Virus record (IMG/VR): IMGVR_UViG_3300020048_000093
Span: 13,745 to 77,744 of that record
Source of the DNA: a virus
Taxonomy: Duplodnaviria; Caudoviricetes
Length of the DNA stretch: 64,000 nucleotides
Strand: one strand, 5' to 3'
Below, one piece after another: positions 57,712-64,000 of the stretch. The notes under the pieces were generated by a model. The model had not been told where the DNA came from and did no database searches. It was given only the letters and a program-made list of their open reading frames with translations. The stretch's first letter is position 1. Each line of letters opens with the position of its first letter. Position numbers and translations under genes: made by a program.

Positions 57712-58842
57712 TTATTTGTCGTCCAGTCGCTTCCGCAAAACTTCCGTTGCTCCTGAAACTCGTTGGAAAAGCTCTTCAACATTGGGATGATCATAATTAT
57801 TTTGGTGTTTTACGGTTTTATGGCCGTACATTTCCGCAGCCAGGGCACGGTCGATATCAATAGTCTGTGTTACCGCCGTATGCCGTAGACAATATTGCGT
57901 CCGGCCTTTTTGGGGCACCTGGGCACGAGCCAATGCAAACAGGAAGCAGGCGTTTCCCTGGTCAACACGGAATGGAAAAACTCTTTCGGTGGTGCAAGTT
58001 TCCCGAAGTGTTTTGAGTAGCATATTGCCGAATTCGGACAAGATGGCGGCCCTGAATTGTGTTTTCCCGCCTTTTGTTCCGGGATAAGAGACGCCAGAAT
58101 ACCCACGAACACGTTTTACAATAGGGAACCCTCCCCATTGTTCGCTGTAGTCGGTCCATGTCCACGCCAGCGCTTCTGACGGCCGGCATCCAGTATCCCG
58201 CAGGACTATGCCCCACAAAAGATACAATGGGGACTCCCATACAAGAAGGGCGCGTTTCAGGTCAGAAGGAAAAATCTTGTTTATTTCTTCCGAGGTGAAG
58301 GGGATCCGCTCCTTTGAGTCATTCCCGAACTTTTCAACGTCCGCCAAGGGGTTTGAAGAAAGGATTTTCTGAGCGCAAGCGGACTGCATTATCTCCTTGA
58401 AAACCTCAAGCGTTTTGTTTTTTGTGTCCGCTGCAAGCTTTAATTTTATTACCCAGGCGTCTATTTCGTATGGCGTAATCTCGGTAATTTTGTAATTCCG
58501 GAAGTAGGGCAATATGTGGTTTTTCAATAATCCGGATCGTTTCAGGTAAAAATCTTCAAGATATTCCCTGTTTTTTTTGGCCTTCATCTTGCGAAAATGA
58601 CTGTCTTTGTCGTAAAAACCTTCAGCAATAGTGCCAAAAGTAGGATTAGCGATGTCTCTGGATTTGTTGTTTCCACCTGTTATTTTGTACAACTGCTCCC
58701 GTTCTGATGCCCATTGAACCGCCTCTTCCGGGGTTTTATAGGGTGTAATAATCCAGTGTCCAGGATTCCAGATATAGCAAATTTGGTATCTTTCCAGCTC
58801 TTTTCGGTAGGAAACTTTGATTCTTTTCTTTGGCCTGGGCAT
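57712..58842 (-). CDS. int: Tyrosine recombinase / integrase
   Basis: DTGCRPSEA (R), YCLRH, YGH, NNYDH catalytic residues. Confidence 0.93.
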   Translation of the reverse strand: MPRPKKRIKVSYRKELERYQICYIWNPGHWIITPYKTPEEAVQWASEREQLYKITGGNNKSRDIANPTFGTIAEGFYDKDSHFRKMKAKKNREYLEDFYLKRSGLLKNHILPYFRNYKITEITPYEIDAWVIKLKLAADTKNKTLEVFKEIMQSACAQKILSSNPLADVEKFGNDSKERIPFTSEEINKIFPSDLKRALLVWESPLYLLWGIVLRDTGCRPSEALAWTWTDYSEQWGGFPIVKRVRGYSGVSYPGTKGGKTQFRAAILSEFGNMLLKTLRETCTTERVFPFRVDQGNACFLFALARAQVPQKGRTQYCLRHTAVTQTIDIDRALAAEMYGHKTVKHQNNYDHPNVEELFQRVSGATEVLRKRLDDK

Positions 58843-58870
58843 GGTTTTACTCCCTGTAGGCGTTGAATCA

Positions 58871-59181
58871 TATACGAAGAATCGATACCAACCGTCCTAA
58901 AAGCGGCCCTCAATTCAGCGCAGGGCGAACCGTATACGCGAATCGTATACGGATGGCGAAAATCGTCTGCTAAATCGTTATACCAAAACGAATTAGCACT
59001 GATTTTCTTTTGCCGGAGACGTGCCCAGAACAACGCGTCATGTATAGATAGGAAAGCATATAACGCAATCCTATGTATAATAGTAAACTAACAGTATTGT
59101 TATGTCAAATTGTAAATGATACACGCCGTATATGAAACATGAATTGGGTGTTTTTTAACGTATACGAATTATAAACGAATC
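58871..59181. repeat. Short TATACG/CGAATC repeats upstream of int (possible attP arm sites)
   Basis: CGTATACG at 58931, 58944 and 59159; related units at 58871, 58979 and 59170. Confidence 0.45.
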
Positions 59182-59258
59182 ATGCACGGATAATAAAACG
59201 CATTTTTTAGCGTTCTGTAAAAATAATTTTACGATTTTAATTTAAAATGGGAAGAGTT

Positions 59259-59589
59259 AATGTATACAATAACCCCCCTCCAGCGTACCAAATGTATACA
59301 ATAACCCCGTATTAAGCGAGTTATTGCATACAGAATGAATCAGCAATTTCTTGCAGGACGGACAATTTTTCCATTTCCACAATTGGTAAAATTATACAAA
59401 AGGATACACGTACTGTATGATAAAGTAGTTATTGCATACATTTGGTACCGTTTAGCGGAGTTAATGTATACAATAACTCCCGTTTATCAGGGGTTATTGC
59501 ATACATTTGTACACATATTGATATTGATATTGATATTGATACTGAAATAGAAAGAGAAAGAGAAAGGGATCCGAGTTATTGCATACATT
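59259..59589. repeat. Seven 14-15-bp iteron-like repeats (direct and inverted) plus hexamer microsatellite
   Basis: AATGTATACAATAAC at 59259, 59291, 59463; GTTATTGCATACA(TT) at 59320, 59428, 59493, 59575; (ATATTG)x4 at 59515. Confidence 0.85.
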
Positions 59590-59622
59590 TAAAAAGTCAC
59601 GAATCCAAACAAAAAAATCAGC

Positions 59623-59651
59623 TTGACAGATTTTGAATAGACGCTTACATT
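59623..59651 (+). promoter_or_regulatory. Promoter of the secreted moron gene
   Basis: TTGACA, 17 bp, TACATT. Confidence 0.75.
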
Positions 59652-59668
59652 CAGCAAAAGAGGCGAAT

Positions 59669-60436
59669 GTGAAAAAAATTATTGTGAGTGTAGTTTTTCT
59701 CGTAGGAATATTTTCCCAACTATGTTTATTCGGTCAAGGCAAAACTACTCTTGAGTATAATCTACCAGACACTTTTCCAAAAATAACCGACACAAGCTAC
59801 TTCGAGAAAACCATAGCAAAATTTATCGGCCCATATTTCGATGGATACGTACCCGATTCAAATATTCAAGTTTATATTCATGGCGACGGCCGTACGGTTC
59901 TTAAAGTAAATATCTCTGACAAAATTATTGAGAGTAAAGTCTATTGGGGTCGCTCCGGAAAAACAACCCCGATATTAAATCTTTCAATTCCGAAATTATA
60001 CTGTGAAATTTTACATGATTGGTTTTATAAATCGATTTTAACAGATGAAACAATCAAGCAGCAGGATATTGATTCTCTTGATATAGTCTACGCCTTTGAA
60101 TATCAAAACGAACGGGGAAAAATACAGATTCAAGGTGTCCCAGGAAAGGTATATGATAGTTGGTATAAGCAGTATGTAAGCGCTATGATAATTTCCAGAC
60201 CTGTTTTTGTAGAATGTAAAGGAAATGCGGATAAACTATATGATGGCGCAACGCCCCCGGATGCTCAAAAAGATAACACCACGTTATTTTTAACAAAACC
60301 GTACAACCCGCTTACTGAAAAATATAGCGCATCCTATCTCGTGTATTATTTATTTGGCGTAGATGACTTGATAAAAGATGTTCCTCCAATGGACGGAATG
60401 ATAGTTTTTACTAGCACACCAATGGTTATTCAATAA
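59669..60436 (+). CDS. Secreted/periplasmic protein (moron-like)
   Basis: GTG start with RBS agagg; signal peptide MKKIIVSVVFLVGIFSQLCLFG; own promoter; AT-rich. Confidence 0.75.
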   Translation: MKKIIVSVVFLVGIFSQLCLFGQGKTTLEYNLPDTFPKITDTSYFEKTIAKFIGPYFDGYVPDSNIQVYIHGDGRTVLKVNISDKIIESKVYWGRSGKTTPILNLSIPKLYCEILHDWFYKSILTDETIKQQDIDSLDIVYAFEYQNERGKIQIQGVPGKVYDSWYKQYVSAMIISRPVFVECKGNADKLYDGATPPDAQKDNTTLFLTKPYNPLTEKYSASYLVYYLFGVDDLIKDVPPMDGMIVFTSTPMVIQ

Positions 60437-61409
60437 TTATTGAACCTGCAAGCAAGGTTTTTCTAAGACAAAAAACCGGTGGGTGCGGTATCTCTGTTTT
60501 GGTCCAATTGTTTTCCCAGCATACGATAAGCTGACACTTTGCATTTTCAGCAACATGATCTATATATTTAGTTGCATTATATTCAAATTCTAAAGCAACA
60601 GACGCTTTGATTCCATTTTTTTGTATACACTCTATTTTTGCATCAGGGAATCTTGCCCTGTTATAATCTATGCGATTGAAAAATAACTTCTGATTACTTA
60701 ACTCGAATTCCAATTTACATAATACCGGGAAAAGGATGCAGAACAGACTAACTGTTCCCGTTTCATCAAGCGGTTCATTCGGGTGATAAGCGATTATTTC
60801 GGAAAACAAAGAGTGTGACTGTATTGGGTTTCCCTGCCATCCATCAATATCAAAAGCCCTTTTCTCTTTTTTATTTATCTCCCTTATTATATTTTGCTCT
60901 TTTAAAACACTTCGAACCATCTTTTCGCAATCTTCTTGTGAAACGGCAATGCCCATTCCAGTAGCTTCTCTCATTCTAACGATGGCGATTTTTAGAGTTT
61001 GACCTGTATATGGCGGTTTCAACATTTTTTTCTGCATATCTGCGCCCAGCAGCGGGTCTTCGTCGAAAAGGCCCGACTCGGCCTTTCTCATTGCCTCCAG
61101 AAGCATGGATCTCTGAATTTGTGACAAGTCGCTTAAGATAAGTAAATGCGAGGCAAGCATAATGTTGGTAATATCAGATATAGAAAAATTACTAAAAATT
61201 TTAACATATGCCTCGGCTTGATTTGCAGACAAACCCAACTCATTGAGCACGTATGCGGTGAATGTCACGAACTTTGGAGCAAACGAACCATCTTTGCCTA
61301 TTTGGTCAAGATTTTTCCCAATAATCCACGCCTGTTTCCCGGAATTATTAACCTGATGTATCAATTCTTTCAAATTTTCCGTTCGAGCTTCTAAAGATGT
61401 GTCGTTCAT
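60426..61409 (-). CDS. DUF3102-like N-domain plus PD-(D/E)xK restriction-endonuclease-like domain
   Basis: FPDAKIE...VALEFEY...H...CQLIVCWENNW. Confidence 0.75.
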   Translation of the reverse strand: MNDTSLEARTENLKELIHQVNNSGKQAWIIGKNLDQIGKDGSFAPKFVTFTAYVLNELGLSANQAEAYVKIFSNFSISDITNIMLASHLLILSDLSQIQRSMLLEAMRKAESGLFDEDPLLGADMQKKMLKPPYTGQTLKIAIVRMREATGMGIAVSQEDCEKMVRSVLKEQNIIREINKKEKRAFDIDGWQGNPIQSHSLFSEIIAYHPNEPLDETGTVSLFCILFPVLCKLEFELSNQKLFFNRIDYNRARFPDAKIECIQKNGIKASVALEFEYNATKYIDHVAENAKCQLIVCWENNWTKTEIPHPPVFCLRKTLLAGSIIIE

Positions 61410-61452
61410 AAATCTATCATCCTTTTAGTTTCCGAAATCATGATAAATAATC

Positions 61453-61833
61453 CTACCCCGAGTCCCTTATGCGGGCGGCACCGTTGGTTCCGGCATAGGC
61501 GCTGATCATTTCGACGACAGATCGCCTTCGTTCGTCATCGAGCAGTTCGAGATCGGATATGACTTTTTCGTATTTTTTATACAGCGAGAGCATTTTTTGA
61601 TCCTTGAATCCGGAAATGTTTTCCTTTCCGTAAACCAGATACTCAACAGAAGTTTCAAGGTATTTGGCAATATCAACAGCAATATTTACAGGAGGGAAAC
61701 GCCCTCCTGTTTTCAAAGAGGAAAGCGTAGACGATGACATACCTATAGATGACGCAACCGCGCCGTCCTTTTGAGATAAATCTGAAAATCTTTCCCAGAA
61801 CCCTTCGGCTCCTTCGTTCTTTCCACGTCCCAT
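61453..61833 (-). CDS. CI-like XRE HTH repressor
   Basis: VASSIGMSSSTLSSLKTGGRFP...IAKYLETSVEYLVYG. Confidence 0.9.
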   Translation of the reverse strand: MGRGKNEGAEGFWERFSDLSQKDGAVASSIGMSSSTLSSLKTGGRFPPVNIAVDIAKYLETSVEYLVYGKENISGFKDQKMLSLYKKYEKVISDLELLDDERRRSVVEMISAYAGTNGAARIRDSG

Positions 61834-61914
61834 ATTTATAGTATCGTACGTAATTACGAAAAAAATCCATAAAATCTTCTTGACACAAACGTAATTAGGC
61901 TATAATCTGTCATT
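61834..61914. promoter_or_regulatory. Divergent switch promoters with two operators
   Basis: Palindrome CGTAATTACG (61849-58) and a 9/10 copy CGTAATTAGG (61890-99); TTGACA (61880-85) with TAATCT at 17 bp or TATAAT at 15 bp. Confidence 0.75.
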
Positions 61915-62091
61915 ATGAAGCTTAAATACGTTTTTAGAAACATTTCAGTGCCTCTTACTGAAGAGCAGTTTGAGGAAATGAAGGCCTACGTGGAAGAGCA
62001 TCACCTGAAAAGGGGTGCATGGGTTGCAGGACTGATGCTCGATGCCATGAGCGCGAAGCAGGGTAAAGGGCAGCAGGAGGGAGCGAAGTGA
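61915..62091 (+). CDS. Cro-position ribbon-helix-helix protein (58 aa; not in ORF track)
   Basis: MKLKYVFRNISVPLTEEQFEEMKAYVEEHHLKRGAWVAGLMLDAM...; divergent from the repressor; no RBS. Confidence 0.75.
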   Translation: MKLKYVFRNISVPLTEEQFEEMKAYVEEHHLKRGAWVAGLMLDAMSAKQGKGQQEGAK

Positions 62092-62687
62092 CAACCAGAG
62101 AAATCGCAGGGTCCGTTGGCAAAACAGAAAGAAGCATACAGACATGGGCGAGAAAGACTGGCGAAAAAATTGCGTCAGTTGGTGAAAAAATTGCGTCAGC
62201 CGGTCACGGAAAAGCGGCAGACTTCGACATCAATGAAACCATTGCCATCATCGAAACCGGCATGGGAAAGAACGCTGCCGACCTGTTTCGAATGAGCGCA
62301 AAAGAGAAAGCTACAGAAAATCAGGAGGTACCTACTGACCGCCTCGACCGTCTCGAATTGCTCATGGACAAAATGCTTGTAGCAATGGGAAACATGATGC
62401 TTATGCAACAGCCTGTACAAACGAAAACGCAGGAACGTGCAACGCTCCCTGCACCCGCGCTTGACCCTCGCTCTCACATCATAAAGCTGGCGAACGAGTA
62501 TGTATCCAAAACAGGAATAGAGCATAGGGATGCATACACCATGCTTTACCGAGAATTCGGATACCGGACCCACTGCAATGCAATATTGAGCGCAAAAAAT
62601 CGCGGCATGAAAATCATCGACTATATCGACAGCGAGGGACAGATCGAAACCCTTGAAGCAATCGCCCTGGAAGAGTTTGCATCATGA
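62088..62687 (+). CDS. Phage regulatory protein (N-terminal HTH; antirepressor-like C-domain)
   Basis: MTTREIA...KTERSIQTWA; C-terminal IIDYIDSEGQIETLEAIA; 21-nt tandem duplication at 62160-62201. Confidence 0.65.
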   Translation: MTTREIAGSVGKTERSIQTWARKTGEKIASVGEKIASAGHGKAADFDINETIAIIETGMGKNAADLFRMSAKEKATENQEVPTDRLDRLELLMDKMLVAMGNMMLMQQPVQTKTQERATLPAPALDPRSHIIKLANEYVSKTGIEHRDAYTMLYREFGYRTHCNAILSAKNRGMKIIDYIDSEGQIETLEAIALEEFAS

Positions 62688-63487
62688 ATAACGAACTGAT
62701 GATGACCGTTAAGACGATGGACTCCCGCGAGATCGCGGAATTGATGGGAAAGGACCACAGGAATGTATGTCGTGATATTGATATCATGTTTGACCGACTC
62801 GAAGGGGTATGCTCCGATCCGAGCACACCCCCCGAAGAGGAGTATCATCGCGGTGACAGGACACAATACAAATATCTAAAGCCGAGCACTATCGATACCT
62901 TTATGAACAAAGCAACAAATGGTGCAACAGCAATCAGAATTCGTGATCAGTTTTCTTCAACATATAAAAACCTGCAAAATGGTCAAGAATATCGCTGCTA
63001 CAAACTCCCATACCGCGAAACCATGATCCTGGTATCCGGTTATTCCGTCGAGCTTCGGGCCAAGATCATTGACCGCTGGATGGAACTCGAAGCAAAAGAA
63101 GCGAAAAAGATTCCGGCTACTTATGCGGAAGCGCTTCGGCTGGCTGCGGATCAGTCCGAGCTCATCGAAGTTCTCACTCCCAAGGCAGAAACATACGACC
63201 GGATATCGAACGCGGCCGGCCTGCGCCTTCTGTCCGAGGTGGGAAAAATCAACGGCATCGGGCCGAAAAAGATTTTCCCCATACTCGCAGAAAAAGGAAT
63301 CATTTTCAGGTTGCATGGTTCTTGGGTGCCAAGACAGGAACACCAGGATGCTGGCTACTTCGTCACGCGGGATCGGTTGGCCTGGACAGACGGAGAGGGT
63401 ATCGAGCACATGGAAATTCAGGTGTACGCGACTCCAAAAGGTGAGTTGTGGCTCGCTAAACAGCTTTTTGGAGAGGTAGCGGTGTGA
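62684..63487 (+). CDS. Rha-family / ANT(KilAC) antirepressor
   Basis: MDSREIAELMGKDHRNVCRDI; GYSVELRAKIIDRW; IPATYAEALRLAAD; VYATPKGELWL. Confidence 0.9.
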   Translation: MNNELMMTVKTMDSREIAELMGKDHRNVCRDIDIMFDRLEGVCSDPSTPPEEEYHRGDRTQYKYLKPSTIDTFMNKATNGATAIRIRDQFSSTYKNLQNGQEYRCYKLPYRETMILVSGYSVELRAKIIDRWMELEAKEAKKIPATYAEALRLAADQSELIEVLTPKAETYDRISNAAGLRLLSEVGKINGIGPKKIFPILAEKGIIFRLHGSWVPRQEHQDAGYFVTRDRLAWTDGEGIEHMEIQVYATPKGELWLAKQLFGEVAV

Positions 63488-63714
63488 ACAAACAAAAAGA
63501 CAAAGGACTTCCGGTAAGGATTTCGATAGCCCTTAAAACGCAACTCGAAGAAATCGCAAAGAAAGAGCGGAGAACCTTCAAGGACCAGCTGGCAATATTA
63601 CTTGAAGCAGGCGTGGCTGATTACGAACGCCAGATGAAATTGATCGAGCAGGTTCGGGCCGGTGGTACCGACATCGACGCAGAGTTTCTTGCCCGGAATG
63701 GGGTGATGATATGA
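63484..63714 (+). CDS. Arc/RHH-like DNA-binding protein
   Basis: LPVRISIALKTQLEEIAKKERRTFKDQLAILLE. Confidence 0.75.
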   Translation: MNKQKDKGLPVRISIALKTQLEEIAKKERRTFKDQLAILLEAGVADYERQMKLIEQVRAGGTDIDAEFLARNGVMI

Positions 63715-63763
63715 ATAAATCGATGATAAGCATAAATTTCTTATTTTTTAAGGAGTATTTGAG

Positions 63764-64000
63764 ATGATGAAATTATCAGAATTTTTGAAGGCGGTTGGTG
63801 GAAATGTCAAGAACATTGTTATTTACAAATCGGAAAAGGAGTCGATCGAAGCCGTCAAGAATGATGGCTATGCCCTCCAGTACGTGAAGGACCAGAGCGA
63901 AACGATCTGCATCGAAGCCGTCAAGAGTAATGGCTATGCACTCCAGTACGTGAAGGACCAGAGCGAAACGATCTGCATCGAAGCCGTCAAGAATGATGGC
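63764..64000 (+). CDS. Partial CDS with DUF4116-like 22-aa repeats (runs off the window)
   Basis: RBS aaggag; IEAVKNDGYALQYVKDQSETIC repeats. Confidence 0.85.
   Translation, partial: MMKLSEFLKAVGGNVKNIVIYKSEKESIEAVKNDGYALQYVKDQSETICIEAVKSNGYALQYVKDQSETICIEAVKNDG
63845..64000 (+). repeat. 66-bp coding tandem repeat
   Basis: Units start at 63845, 63911 and 63977 (partial); near-identical. Confidence 0.9.

Larger units (their letters stand above)
1..64000. mobile_element. Temperate contractile-tailed phage genome segment (no host flank visible)
   Basis: Terminase, portal, capsid, sheath/tube, baseplate, lysis, integrase and repressor modules in canonical order. Phage-like genes run to both window edges. 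Confidence 0.97.

Noticed and set aside
59259-59589. CRISPR array
   Set aside because: Repeats are only 14-15 bp, occur in both orientations and are irregularly spaced; no cas genes.
59442-59636. 64-aa ORF as a real gene
   Set aside because: No RBS and it consists only of repeats and microsatellite; treated as an initiator-like relic.
1-64000. Stop-codon reassignment, inteins or introns
   Set aside because: Core genes are full length in the standard code, and terL, MCP and the helicases show no insertions with splicing motifs.

Overview
The whole window is bacteriophage DNA: a temperate phage with a contractile tail. The genome is larger than 64 kb and both ends of the window fall inside early genes. 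No host flank is visible. Spanins indicate a diderm host; a spirochaete is a weak guess. Order: small early ORFs; a promoter driving a tRNA-like element, a tRNA-Thr(UGU) and a ~310-nt structured non-coding region; terS, terL, portal, MuF; a ~23-kb block of large putative capsid-packaged effectors (DarB-like MTase-SNF2, Zeta-like kinase with a separately transcribed small partner, HExxH/LPD1-InPase polyvalent protein, second SNF2 helicase) interrupted by a fibre/jelly-roll island; protease-scaffold, major capsid, neck, sheath, tube, tape measure, baseplate, fibres; a complete diversity-generating retroelement (VR/TR 111 nt, 11 mismatches, all at TR adenines); lysis cassette; integrase; att/iteron-like repeat region; a secreted moron; a PD-(D/E)xK nuclease co-oriented with the repressor; genetic switch and antirepressors. 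The strongest candidates for something undescribed are (i) at least five unrelated proteins sharing an N-terminal K[SA]-cleavage / beta-hairpin / beta-clamp-motif address, suggesting a capsid cargo-sorting and replisome-targeting system, and (ii) the tRNA-flanked, probably pseudoknotted ncRNA. All family assignments are by-eye motif recognition; no database searches were run.
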